Part shown: positions 26,313-40,057 of the stretch, piece by piece
Layout: each line of letters begins with the position of its first letter
How positions within the stretch are numbered: the first letter of the stretch is position 1
Source: Octopus vulgaris
Lineage: Eukaryota
Direction of reading: 5' to 3'
Assembly (NCBI GenBank): GCA_951406725.2
Contig: OX597822.1
Location: 22,010,001 to 22,074,000 of the forward strand
Length of the DNA: 64,000 nucleotides
Position numbers and translations under genes: made by a program
Notes under the pieces: generated by a model
What the model saw: only the letters and a program-made list of their open reading frames with translations
Told to the model about the DNA's origin: nothing
Database searches by the model: none

Positions 26313-28589
26313 TAAATAATTAGACAATTCAGGTGTTCATACAACTGAATCAGCATAACTGATGGAGGATCTGTCTTCATCTAAAACAAACAAAAAAATT
26401 GAATAAAGCACAAGGATACTCAGAGTAACTCTAATGTAATTATTTTTATTTAACAATAACGTTTTGTGTGAAGGTTTATGAGTGAAGCATGCTGAGTGGA
26501 TAAGAAGTTAGCTTCTCAACTATGTTTCAGGTTCGATTCCAAAGATTGACATCCTAGCAATGTGTCTTTATGTGGGTTTATTCTACAGAAAATGAAAGAA
26601 GCCTATTGTGGATGTGTGTGTGTGTTTTGTGTCTTCTTGTCATTATCATACACATTGTGCAGTTCCAGTTTTCTGTAGATACATGTCCAGCTGTGGGGGA
26701 AGTATTTTGCTTTGAAACAGATGACTGTTGGTGACAAGAGCATCAGGCTGTTATCAATTTACTTCTACAATCATGGCAAAGCAAGTGTTCATTGATATAT
26801 GATCTTAATGTATCAACATTGTGTTATAAAATGCTCAAAACCTTGATTGATAACATATTGCTTTTAGTGTGGTTAGGCTGAAAGAGACAAAAGTTTTCAA
26901 ACTCTTAATCAATATTGTTATATTTATTCTCAGTGTTGATGAAGACTGCATTGCTTAGTTGGTCTTTGTACCCTATTTTCTTTCATATTGATGTAAATCA
27001 GTTCTGCTTGCTGATCGAAATACTTGGCAAGGACATCACAATACTTGAGCCAAAGCTGAAGAAGATAGGATAGTTCACAGTACTTTAAATGCATAAAGAA
27101 AAGAACTCTAAGGCTCTTGGCTATCTTAGAGACAGTGTTTTACATCTCTCTACAGCATTGATTGACTGAAAATCTTGAAAAGATTTTGGGCCATATACCT
27201 TGGATCTCACAGTACAAGGAGAAAGGCTCATAGAAAGAAACCTTCATCTCAACTGGGAACATGCAATATATACTCTTCAAATTATTACACTGTTGAATCT
27301 AATATCATGTTGACTTTCAACAAGAGCCCCTTGCTGTCTTCATCTCTATTCTTTGCCATTCCTTGTATTATAAGAAGAGAGAATATGACGGTACAACAAT
27401 GTTGTGTTTGCTGTGCAACTGTTGCTGAGTGATTTAAACCCATTAGCTATTTTTCAAGTGGAGAGCAAGCTGTTGAGTGCTGAGGTAGCTTCAAGAATGT
27501 GAAAGTTGAAAAAGCTTCAGAAAGCCTCAGTACAGCAGATGTATAGTTCTTGCTAGAATTGAGTAAATTCAACACAAGTATTTTGCTTCATCAATGGAAA
27601 AATCACATTATCAAGTCCACTTTTTTACATATTTGCTGGTGCGATGCAATGGATTGAAACCCGAACTCATGTGGTTCAAAAGCAAATTCTTAACCATAAA
27701 GCCATACCTGTGTCTGTCTATCTGTCTGTCTGTCTGTCTCTCTATATATATATGAGGAGGGATGTATGATATATGGAGAGTGGAGTATGATTCCATGCTT
27801 TGTACCTTAGATCTGTTCACACATTTAGAAATAAACCCATACAAATAGAGAATGGGGGTGTTCGGAATAAAGTGATGTGTGGTGGGCTGTGTTGACAGAA
27901 ATAATCCTAAAAGACCATTGAGAAATGTAAAACTAATAAAATAAACAGAATTATACACAACAAATGACAAAACTGATAGTGAAAACCAAAGTAAAATGAA
28001 ATAAAACAGTAAATAGAAAACGAATACTCCATAGATGTTTGTATCTATTTTTTTAAACTTTATTAGCTGATGTATGTAACTCATATCACACCATGTGTAT
28101 GTTTGTGTACAATATGTACACACACAAAACCTAATAGAAAAATATACTGCATACATAAAATCTATACACATGATAAAAAAATAAAAATAATGTTTAAACA
28201 TTGTAGTGTATATATGTATGTTTTTAAATGAAAGATGACTTATGAGTGGAGTCGGTCTGTTATATCTGGTCCATTAATTATCTAAAACAGCAAACGAGCC
28301 TTATCAAATGACTAAACAAAGAAGTCATGCACGACTGCCAATTCAGTCCTTCAAGAAAACCAAACAACTGTTTGATTTAATCTTAGATACATTCTCACAT
28401 TCTTCTTTATCCTTTTCCTGAAACTGTCTTTCTCTTCATTTATAGAATTTTTGCTTTTGTTTTTTGTTTTTTTTTTTTAATTTCATTTACTCTTTTCATT
28501 TTCTGAATGATTATTTACCACATTTGAGAGCAAATTAAACATAACAACAAACACAAAATTACTGTTTTTAATTTCACTAGCATTTTTAT

Positions 28590-28630
28590 CGTTATTATTT
28601 TTGCTATTGTTGTTGTTGTTGTTGTTGTTG

Positions 28631-28693
<63 letters not shown>

Positions 28694-28732
28694 GTTGTTG
28701 TTATTACTATTATTATTATTATTATTGTTATT
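28590..28732. repeat. Compound (TTG)n-(TTA)n microsatellite
   Basis: Direct reading. Confidence 0.95.
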
Positions 28733-29314
28733 AATTTTAGTAATCTTAATTACCACATCTGCATCACAACCTATAAACATGATAATATGCTGTAGAGTGT
28801 TACATTGATGTAAATCAAATAGTGTAATAAAATAATTATATTAAACATTTGAAATATATACATACAACTATATTTTGTACAAGAGATAAATGGAATAAGG
28901 TAGTGTGTTCTTGTTTAAAAGAAATGGATAACCAACTGACAAGAAAATATAGCCCCTAAAACCTAACCATTCTCCTTTACACTAAGGCCTTTTTAGAGCT
29001 AGCTGAAGGTACTAAGCAACTTGGGCAGGCACCCAGGGTTCTTTGTTCAAGTCAAGCTCATTGTTATGTATTGGAATCTTCCAAAATGCAAAGGAAAAGT
29101 GGGAAAATAATAAATGTAATAGAATGAAAAGAAAATGTGAAAATTCTTCAAGCATATTTCAAAATGAAGAAGAAAGTGATTATTCAGAGAGGCCGCAAGA
29201 ATATTTATCAAGTTTTCAGAAGTTTAAAATTATAAGGAAAAAATGAGTTATATATACAAGAAATTAATGGTACTCTTGAAACTCCCTGTCATCAAGCCTA
29301 CTTATAGATCTCTC

Positions 29315-29379
<65 letters not shown>

Positions 29380-29905
29380 AGTGGTGAGAAGCTTACTTCC
29401 CAACCGCATGGTCCCACTATGTTACACCTGGAGCGTCTTCTTGACCAAAGACTTGTGAGGAGATTTAGTCGACAGAAACTGAAAGAAACCTGTCATTTGT
29501 GTGTTCTTGTGTCTGTGTTTGTCCCCACCACCATCACCACTACCACTACCACCGTTTGACAACCAGTGTTGGTGTGTTTTCATCCCCATAAATTTGTAGT
29601 TCAGCAAAAGAGACCAATAGAATAAGTACCAGTCTTAAAATAAAATAATTGCCTGAGTTGATTCCTTTGATTAAAAAATTTTCAATGGCTGCAGTCTAAT
29701 AACTGAAACAAGAAAAAGCTAAAATATACATATTGGGCACAGACTTAGCTTGTGTGGTTTAGAAATTTACTCCTCAGCCACATGGTTACAGGTTTAGTCC
29801 CATTGCACAGCACCTTGGACAACTGTCTTTCACTATAACCCCAGTCTGATTAAAGCTATGTAAGTTGATTTTGTAGATGGAATATGAAAGAAGCTCCTTG
29901 TATAT
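29380..29905 (+). mobile_element. Two tandem diverged family A SINEs
   Basis: GACAGAAACTGAAAGAAACC...GCAAAAGAGACCAATAGAATAAGTACC; second head CCACATGGTTACAGGTTTAGTCCC. Confidence 0.65.
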
Positions 29906-30884
29906 GTGTGTGTTTGCACATTCTCTGAATATCATGAGACATAAGTGGTGTTGCCATTTTTTTCTGTCAACAAATCATACACCTGTTTTACACCTTCAAA
30001 GACAAGTCAAATAAAAGATCAGTTACCTGTGAATCAGGTTAAGGGTTAGTTAGAAGAAAGGCATTCTGCTGTAATGCATTCATGCAACCCATGCTTGCAT
30101 GAAATGAATTAATGTAAAATGGACAAACAAAGGAAAAGGAATGCATTTCTTTCAGCAATGGAATCAATGCAGGGAACAAAGATGCACTTTATGCCTTTTC
30201 TTATTTGGTTATGTCTCTTCATGCTCATGGCATCTTACTTGTTTCACCTCATGAGATCAATAATATAAGTATTGCAAAGCAATACGTGGGTTGATGTAAT
30301 TGATTAAAACCTTGAAGGTGGTACCCCATAATGGCTTTTGTCCAATGACTAAAACCAATAAAAGAATAAAAAAAAGAAGGAAAAGCCATGCCTTTTGAAG
30401 GAGGGTTGAATCTATTATATCTGCTTCAGCAGTTGATGAGGGCAGAGTGAAAGGTAAAGTTGATCTTAGAAAATTTGAATGAAGAAGATACTTGGGAAAT
30501 ATTCAAATACTGGAATGCAAATGGTTTACTTTCTGTCTTTTAAACTCGGTCATGAAATTATTAGTAACATTCTAATTCCCACATTGATCATACATGCATC
30601 TGTAAATGCACATATACACACAAACACATGCACACAAATTGTAAGAAGTACAAAACATATACCAATACTTATTATACATGTTATTATGGTGTAAGCATTA
30701 CCTAATATAGAACTCAGTTCTTGGAGTGGAGTGCACAGTAAGGTCTATTATATCAAAAAATGACAATCTGCCTGAGATTATGTAAAAGTATGTATATTAC
30801 TCTATAAATGTATTGAGCATTCTATTTTTGCTCATGCAATATAATTTCTTATGTGTATCTATATGCTGATTTCATGTAACTGAT

Positions 30885-31250
30885 ATGTAGAAAGCACCTT
30901 TCCATCATTGGACTTCATGGAGGAAAAGTGGCTGGGCCTTTTTTTCAGTGATGGGCCTCATGGAGGCAATGACCAAGACTTTTGGCATTATGTTGAGAAG
31001 AAGACCTATCAAGCTAAGTAAAATTGCAGTTATGGCAGATACCAGTGTCATGCAAATGGTACCCATGCCAGTAACATGTAAAAGTATCCATTACACTCTT
31101 GGCGTGGTTGGCGTTTTGAAGGGCATCCAGCTGTAGAAACCATGCCAAATCAGACTGGAATCTGGTACAGCATTCCAGCTTGCTGGCTCTAGAAAACCAT
31201 CCAATCCATGCCAGCATAGATTATGGACGCTAAATGATGATGATGATGAT
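30885..31250 (+). mobile_element. RTE LINE 3' end (family E) with (GAT)n tail
   Basis: GGGCATCCAGCTGTAGAAACCATGCC...GGACGCTAAATGATGATGATGAT. Confidence 0.8.
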
Positions 31251-31274
31251 ATACAGGGTGCAATGGGTAATTGC

Positions 31275-32160
31275 CAACAAGAGAGAAGAAACCCTATTCC
31301 ACATGGAATTACATGGTCAGTTCCATTGTGAAGCCAACAAATTAAAAGACCAGGAAACATCATGGAGCTAGCTGAACAAGGGTGACCTAAAAAAGAATAC
31401 TGAATGCCTAATCATCACTGCCCAGGATCAGGCATTGAACATCAAATCAGTGAAAAAAGAATATATACCAGACAAGTGCAATGGACCTCTTTAGAATATG
31501 TGGGAAGAGAGTCAAAAGTGTGACTCACATTTTTATGCTTGTGAAAGTCTTGCACAGAAAGCGTACAAGCATAGAAACGACAAGGTAGTCCAAAACCTCC
31601 ACTGGCTACTTTGCTGTAAGTATGGATATGAGGTTACGGGTGCTTGGTACCAACATACACCAAAAAAGATAATGGATGAAATGAGGAAGGCAAAAATCTT
31701 CTGGGACTTAGACTTCCAGACAGACAAAGTATTAGAGCACTGAAGGCCGGATATAGTAACGTTTAGGAGGAACAAACAAGAGTGTCTAATAATTGATGTG
31801 GCAGTGCCAGGAGATCAACATATAATCATGAAACAAAGATGGAGACCTGAGAATTGAGATCGCTAAGATGTGGCAGCTGCGAGAGTCAAACATAACGGTT
31901 ATCCCTATTGTCATTGGAATATTGGGTTCAATACCACCCAATCTGAAAAAACATCTGAAAATTTTAGAAATACCCTACAATCTAGATGTATTGCAAAATT
32001 CAGTGTTACTTGGAACTGCATGCATATTGTGTAAAGTACTGTTTGTCAGAGGTCCTTGTTGTGACTTGACAAACAGTACAAACCCCCATAGACACAATAT
32101 TTTCAATCAACAACCTTACGATATTGTATACTGTGCAACGTCTACAATAATAATGATAAT
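31275..32160 (+). mobile_element. R4/Dong-like LINE 3' part: zinc knuckle + RLE
   Basis: WSWLNKGDLKKNTECLIITAQDQAL, RICG..VTH..ACESLAQKAYKHRNDKV, FWD.DFQTD, RPDIV, CLIIDVAVPGD, VIPIVIGILG, SVLLGTACIL; AAT tail. Confidence 0.9.
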
Positions 32161-32434
32161 AGCAAGAGCACTCAGAGAGTGCAAGCCTCTGCCAAGGCAA
32201 CACCAAAGTCTGCTCAATGATTAGCCAGAGAAGATTTTTAAAATGAGAATATCTGAAATAAACTCGGCTGCTCTCACAAATGAGAATACTAAAAATGAAT
32301 CTGACTGCTCTCAAAAATGAGGCAAAAAAATATTCATCTGAATCCATCCAGTGGTTCTTGAGATATCTTGTCCACAGACAAACAAACAAATGTGGCTGAA
32401 AACAATACCTCCACCTTTGCTAAGGCAGAGGTAA
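32161..32434. mobile_element. Non-autonomous Helentron/HINE-like element
   Basis: AGCAAGAGCACTCAGAGAGTGCAAGCCTCTGCCAAGG start; end CCTCCACCTTTGCTAAGGCAGAGGTAA hairpin; subterminal inverted CCTCTGCC/GGCAGAGG; internal (ACAA)n. Confidence 0.65.
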
Positions 32435-34054
32435 TAATAATGAAATATTACGAATGATTTTGAAGTAGAAGTACTTCAATAGTATTTTAACTATTCCAAC
32501 ATGAGCAATAACCACTAGCTTTGTATACAGGGCCACATTGAAGAAATTTGAGAATGAACAACAAGACAGATGTCAGAAATATTTTAAATACAAATTAAAA
32601 TAAAGACACAAACAATAAGAAATAATAACATTTAAAAGTTGAGAATAAATGTGATTCCTATATCTGGCTAGATGTCTTTTCCACTTTGCTGAATCGAGAC
32701 ACTAAAATCCACCAAGGAACAGTTATCCTTCTGGGATATTACTTTCAATTGAGATGTCTCCTTTATCTTTTTACTTGGTTGCATCGCTGTAAAGTTGATA
32801 ATCATGCAGTTAATATGATTACTACTTTGGGGAATACCACTCTTCCAATCTACTGAATCTGTTATTTAACCAGCATTAATTCTTTGTTGATACTCCACAA
32901 GAGACCTGCATCGAGACATTATCAAAACAACTTCTCATGTGTGGTGGTTGTAAAATATAATGATCATAGAGAAATATTAGTTAGAATAGAGTTAGGATAC
33001 ATAGCAGAGATGAAGTAGCTTGGATTACAAAAGACAATTTTTATTTGATGCAGTTCTAAAGTTTGATTTTTTTTTAATACCTTTTATATATAGTAAAAGT
33101 GAAAACTTGTAGCTTAGAGTTAGTGTGTTTGACTCGTGGTTCAATTCTTAGCCTTGAATTCATTTCCTGAATTAAGTAACATGTGAAATTTTTTAGCAAA
33201 GCTCTTCATTTTGCAATGCTCCAGTCAACACAGCTCTAATGAGCACCACTCAGATGCTGGTGCCGCCCTCTCTCCTTTCAGCTATCACAACCTCAGTGTT
33301 CTGCTGAGTGAAGAGTGGGAGAGCCAAGTGGGGTTCTTATGTCTGCTCATAACTACATAGGCACCTAAAATAATTAGCAAATACATGGTACATTCTACCA
33401 AGTTATACCCACATGTGATAGGTGGATGTATAGCACTTGTACAATTAAATCTTATTTGACCATTCCTGGTAGGCAAACTTTTAATCAAAGGCATTTTACC
33501 CACAATGAAATTGTTGTTTCTTACTTTGTTAGGCTGTCTATATCCAGATCAAAATTTCCAGTATCCCATTTAAAAAATAACGGGATGGGAACTGAAAATA
33601 ATTTGACTGCTATTTTTTGTGAGGTTGATGCTCCCTTGTTGCCTTGTCCCATTAAAGTAGTACAATACCTAACTCATTATTGATTACACACACAATCAAA
33701 CAAACAAACATATTTTTACATACATACACATGTTACATACATAGTAGGCATACGAAAGTAGTGTTGTGAATTAAACAAATCTTCAGAACTGTTTAAACAT
33801 GAGCTAAAATATGATTGGAACATATTTGACCTCTAAAATGTCATTTTCATTATAGTTTGCCATTGAGAAGAATTCTTACTTTAGGCAACAGGTATTAAAA
33901 TGCCAACAGTCATTTCAAGGTGCCCTCTGTGGACCAATATATGCATTTCAAGCTCTTAGATATTATCAACATTGGTTTGATATATATATATACACCTACA
34001 TACATAAATGCATACACACATATAAGTATGTATGTATGTAGGTAGGTGTGTGTA

Positions 34055-34097
<43 letters not shown>

Positions 34098-34955
34098 AAA
34101 CACACACACATGTATACATGCATACATTAATGCACACACACACATAGCCTTTTCATCTAGACATGGTCTAGATTCAAAGAAGTATTTGAAAGGATAAAAT
34201 ATACAATTTTTATAAATTCATGCATGAATAACTTCCAAAATTATATATATATATATGTATGTGTATATATATATGTGTGTGTGTGTGTATGTGTATGAAT
34301 ATTTTCTTTCCATATATGCGTGAATGTATAGATATATGTATATATATATAGAGAGAGGGGGAACAGAGGTGTTATTTTTTAAAACCTATTCATATATATA
34401 TATCTATAAAAATTATATATTCAATGCACTTAAACAAACACACACACTCACATGTAAGCATTTAACCAGTATTCAAAGATAAAAGCAATTTAAAAACCAC
34501 TTTACCCCACCCCTCAGAACCCTATACATATCACACACAACCCATATATGTCCATGCTAGATACTGTCTTTCAACACAGCATCTATTTATGAGATCTTCA
34601 CTGGCTCAAAGGGTTCCATGTCTGTATGTGCATGTGATAGAATAGCCTTAGGCCATGTTACAAATATTCTATCTCCAGAGAATCTATTTAACAATATCAC
34701 TTATGCCATTTCCAGTGTTTTGTGGTAATCAACAAACAGCCTGAAGAGAGAAGAGGCTTTACGACAGGCTGACTTGATTCTTGACACTCTACAGGATACA
34801 GAGGGCTTTGGTTTTGATCCAAAACATCATCAAATATTGCAAAAAATTTTCCATTTTCACTCACACACACACACACACACACAATCTCATATATATTGAT
34901 CATTCCATTACTAATTACATAAGCTTTTCCAAATACTTCTTCAAGTAGACTATAT

Positions 34956-35461
34956 GAATTTCTGTTGTGACTCCCTTCGGTCATGAATGACCATGGGATT
35001 GCACCTTCCAAGGCACAAGTCTGGGCAAGGTTGTTTATAGAAGACCAGCATCGCCCATGCATACCAGCCTCCCCTCTCCATGCCACCGATGTTATCCAAG
35101 GGAAAGGCAAAGGCTGATACAGCTTGGCACCAGGGACGTTGCAGCTCATTTATTACCGTGCAAGTGGCCAAGCATTTCACAGACATGTGTACCCTTAACG
35201 TAGTTCTCGAGGAGATTCAGCATGACACAGAGTGTGACAAGGCTGGCTCTTTGAAATACAGGTACAACAGAAGCAGGAAGAAAGAGTGAGAGAAAGTTGT
35301 GAAAGAGTACAGCAGGGTTCACCACCACCCCCTGCTGGAGCCTTGTGGAGCTTTAGGTGTTTTTGCTCAATAAACACTCACAATGCCCGATCTGGGAATT
35401 GAAACCGTGATCCTACGACCACAAGTCCACTGCCCTACCCACTGGGCCATTGCACCTCCAC
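34956..35461 (-). mobile_element. Composite SINE: family C-type head fused to family D 3' half, 9-bp TSD
   Basis: AGACTATAT at 34947-34955 and 35462-35470; junction near 35150. Confidence 0.7.
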
Positions 35462-35529
35462 AGACTATATAGATAAACCTTAGGTAATTACTTGCATAAA
35501 TTTTATTCCCTTACACTGTTTTTTTTTTT

Positions 35530-35930
35530 TACTGTGTGGTAAATAGTTTGCTTCCCAACCACATGGATGGTTATGCATTTAGTCCCATTCAGTGGCACCT
35601 TGGGCAAGTGTCTCCTTCTATAACCTTAAGCCCACCAAAGCCTTATGAGTGGATTTGGTAGATAGAAACTGGAAGAAGATGTGTGTGTGTGCGTGCATGC
35701 ATGTGTGTATATGTATACCTTTTTGTTAGCGTTTGTACTCCACCACCACTTGACAACTGGTGCTATTGTCTTTGCATCTCCATATTTTAGCGGTTCAGCA
35801 AAAGATTCCAATAGAATAAGTACTAGGCTTAAAAAATGTCCTGGGGTCAATTTGTTCGACTAAAACTTTTCAAGGTGGTGCTCCAGTATGGCTGCAGTGA
35901 AATGATTGAAACAAGAAAAAGATAAAAGAT
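35530..35930 (+). mobile_element. Family A SINE
   Basis: GGCACCTTGGGCAAGTGTCT core; tail GAAACAAGAAAAAGATAAAAGA. Confidence 0.8.
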
Positions 35931-36361
35931 TTGTTAGTATTCATCATTTTTGTTGATCATCTCCTTGGCCTTTGCTTTTCTACAGATATTTATTTCACCC
36001 CTTGTTACTTTCCATTTCACCTATCTTATATTTCACTATTAGATTTTAATTTCTTTTTTACTTTTACTCTCGTTACTTCCATTTTGTTCAACACTATCAT
36101 TTATTACATAAGTAACCTCATCTCTTTCTAACAAGCAATTTGGTCTCAAATGTTAGCCTTCTCTTCATCAATGGAAACTTTTTTTTTCTATATTGCATAT
36201 ATTTCATACAGGATATCACTTGTTTCTTTGAATTTCATTATTTGATGTGTGTGTGTGTGTGTGCATGTGTGCATTAAAGCTTTGCTTTTTACTCTCCTTA
36301 CTACATACTTCTTAATTTCTTCCTCTCCACTCTATTCCCCCACTATGTTTCTATTTTCTAG

Positions 36362-37056
36362 AGCAGCCTCAGCACCAAGCAGCGATTAGGAATATATAAA
36401 CTTTAGGGTAGTTAAAATATATTTATGACATATTTTAACTTCTAAAGGTAAATTCAGGAAGAAAAAATTCCCTCTTGTGGTAAAAGGTGCAAAAACATCA
36501 TATCTGCTCAGAGCTTTCCTTTAGCAGATTCTCAGACTTGCATTTCTAGTACTTTAGCCTTCCAGGATAGGAAATACCAAAGAGAGGTGACCCAAAGCAG
36601 ATTCAAAGTTGTAGCTTTAAATAAAAACAGTCAATTTCAGTGACTGAGTTGCACCAGTGCATTAGTGGTTGAAATTAAAATAGCAGCATCAGTGCTAAAC
36701 AGTGATAAGGAACAAATGAACTTCAGGGTAGTTAAAATATTTTTGTGACATATTTTAACTTCTAAAGTCAAATTCACTGCAGTCACTGTGGAGAAAAAAT
36801 TCCCTCTTATGGTAAAAGGTGTAAAAACACCATATCTCCCTGGTGGTTTCCTTCAGCAGGTTCTGAGACATGTATTTCTGGCATTTTAGCCTTCCACAAT
36901 AGGTAATACCAAAGAGAGATAACCTTAGGCAGATTCAAAGCCATAGCTTTAGTACATCTCAATCACTGATGTTGACTGCTTTTAGTTGGTGTACTGCCTG
37001 GTCAGAATAGAAATAGCAGCATCAATGCCAAGCAGTGATTAGGAATAAATGAGCTT
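36362..37056 (+). repeat. Tandem ~320-333-bp units (2 full + partial)
   Basis: AGCAGC.TCA..GC.AA.CAG.GAT.AGGAA recurs at 36362, 36682, 37015. Confidence 0.9.
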
Positions 37057-37630
37057 TTACCTTGCTTGGAAATAGGGGATGATTGGTGACAGGAAAGATA
37101 TTCAAACATAGAAAATCCAGCTCAGTGAACTCCATCATTGTTGACAGTGGTGGCAATGATGACGATGACATACTAAATGAAATATGAATTGCCTATTATT
37201 AAAATCCAAAATTTTAGCTGAACATGAACCCATAGTAATGTGGACTCTGAATTTGATACTTTAATTTCTCAAAGTTGTATTTTAGCCTATACTGTTTATA
37301 TTCCAATGGGTCGTTTTCTGTCACTATACTGCCAGTAAAAATATTTGTTAATTATGCACATAGCTTCATAAATTGTTAAAAGTGAAAGTCCTTTTATGAA
37401 GTCTGTGTTGTCTACATGTTGCAAGACACAAACACACACACACACACATATCACAAAAAAATAACTATATATATATATATATGTACATATAGCCATTTTT
37501 AATGTCTATGTTGTGTTGTGTTGACAGACTTGTACTTATAATTACAGCGTTATAAATCAAAACTTGTTAGTTGCTATGGTGACAACACTATCTGTCTATC
37601 TATCTATATATGTAATTATCTCTCTTTCAC

Positions 37631-37693
<63 letters not shown>

Positions 37694-37751
37694 GCATTTC
37701 TCTCTCAACAACTTTTTCTCCTCTCCTTCTAAAAATATGTTCTGACATATT

Positions 37752-38130
37752 TTGATCCCTCCCCTTGTTACCTTTCCTTGAATAGATTTTGTGACAAACA
37801 GACAGACAAAGATCTGCTTTTCTTTCATAATTTAAGATTAACCAAACTGAGAATGTATTTGGATGGATATATATCTTATGTTTCAGTTCAATTTAAAAAT
37901 AAAGAGTTTGGAAGAATTTTGTAAAATAGCCTTTTCCATTTAATAAATGGAAAAAGCTGGCTTTTACACATTGAAAGTGATTTAAGCTTGATGTATTAAG
38001 TTGGTATTTAAAACATCAAAACATTCCTGTATTAAATTATGGTACACAGATTTTTAATTTAAATGTACCCATTTATATCATGTCATAGAACCAGAAGCTG
38101 TCTCAACCAGGTTGGTATTGAAAGGGTTAA
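37752..38130. mobile_element. piggyBac-like MITE remnant
   Basis: Right end ...GGTATTGAAAGGG|TTAA; left end degenerate. Confidence 0.45.
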
Positions 38131-38273
38131 CTGAGAATAAAAACCTAAACAAAGCAAAATACAAAAGTCAGCGTTTATCCCAGCAGCTGACTGAAAGAAT
38201 TAAATCTATCCTATATAGAATCACCAATAAGAGAAAAAACATTTAACATTGTATTTTCCATGAAAAAAAAAGA

Positions 38274-38305
<32 letters not shown>

Positions 38306-38350
38306 ATGGGACTGAACCGTTTTGCAACTCTCTGATCTATATTATGGAAT
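38043..38350 (+). repeat. ~310-bp local duplication, copy 1
   Basis: Nearly identical to 39690-40004. Confidence 0.95.
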
Positions 38351-39689
38351 GGGAACTGTGCCAAAAACTCAGTCAGATTAATCATATTAAAGTTTTGTAT
38401 TCACAACCATATGGTTAGTAGTATTCTAACCTCAAAGGAATTGTATGGAATGGAAACTTATTTTCACAACAAAAAAAGATGACAGAATGTCATTAATATA
38501 TTTTCCCACCATTTCATAGGGTAAACTAAAATTAGTAAAACTAACTAGAAAGCTTTTGGTAACAACTTCTGAGAAGTTGGAGCAAAGAAGAAGAAAAAAA
38601 AAAGACATGGTAAAAACTACTGAATGTTGTTTCTAAATCAAGGAATTTACTGTTACTCAGGAAAATACAAGATTACATTAAAAAGAAGAAAAAAATCATT
38701 GATAAATGTTTATCTCAATATCTAATGGAATGATATTCTTTGATGAAATATAGTACATGAATATATACTGTCCAAGAGATAATGGGTTTTTACCTAAAAT
38801 TTCCACGGCTTTTATATCTTTAATAATAAGAGTTTTAAGTCTGATTATTATGAGTGACTTCTCTATTGCAACTGAAATAAAAAAAATTTTTTAATATTTT
38901 AATGCAATGCAGTATATCTGAGTTTTTTCTTTTCTTTTTAAGTAACATAGACAAGGCCAAACAATGAAAAACTTATATTAATGGCGATAGAATTTGGAAA
39001 ACATACTGTATGCTAGGTCTTTTAGTCTGACTTGTTTAGTAAATGAAGAAACACTCAAAGATGTTTTACTTCCTTATTGACAGAAAAACAAGGCTAATTA
39101 TGAAATGCTGCTTTACTTAAGTCCATTCGTTACTGGCTATTGTTAATGGTTTACGCTTATTCCCTGCTTCTTTCTTGTTTATAGAAGATATAACTTTAAT
39201 TTATTCATTGCTTCTTCACCTTTATGGAAGATATACTTTTAAATTATCACTGGCTACAAATTGCATTCTTTTGAGATATCTTTTTTTCACTTTCAAGTAT
39301 CTTTATCTACATGCATGATTTCATGATATACAAGTTGATATATTTTAGAATAGATAAATGTGTGTGCATGCACACACACACATACACACACATACATATA
39401 TATTTATGTATATATATGTATGTATATATATATATATATATGTACCTATATATATATACGTATATATGTATATATATAATCATCATCATCATCATCATCA
39501 TCATTTAGCGTCCGTTTTCCATGCTAGCATGGGTTGTATATATATATGTAAATGTATATATATATGTATATGTATATATGTATATATATGTGTATATTTA
39601 TATATATATATATATATATAAATATACACATATATATATCTGTGTGGTTAAGTACACTTTGTAATGATATCCATTGCATAGCACTTAAT

Positions 39690-39920
39690 TACACAGATTT
39701 TTAATTTAAATGTACCCATTTATATCATGTCATAGAACCAGAAGCTGTCTCAACCAGGTTGGTATTGAAAGGGTTAACTGAGAATAAAAACCTAAACAAA
39801 GCAAAATACAAAAGTTAGCGTTTATCCCAGCAGCTGACTGAAAGAATTAAATCTATCCTATATAGAATCACCAATAAGAGAAAAAACATTTAACATTGTA
39901 TTTTCCATGAAAAAAAAAAG

Positions 39921-39958
<38 letters not shown>

Positions 39959-40004
39959 AATGGGACTGAACCGTTTTGCAACTCTCTGATCTATATTATG
40001 GAAT
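39690..40004 (+). repeat. ~310-bp local duplication, copy 2
   Basis: Differs from copy 1 by one substitution (GTCA/GTTA), poly-A length and the internal microsatellite. Confidence 0.95.
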
Positions 40005-40057
40005 TGATAAGTAATTTGATAAATGGAAACTATAGGAAGTCTAACATGTGTATTTAT

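Noticed and set aside
27175-27600. Possible hAT/BED zinc-finger remnant (QQCCVCC)
   Set aside because: Single weak motif with no supporting transposase sequence recognised
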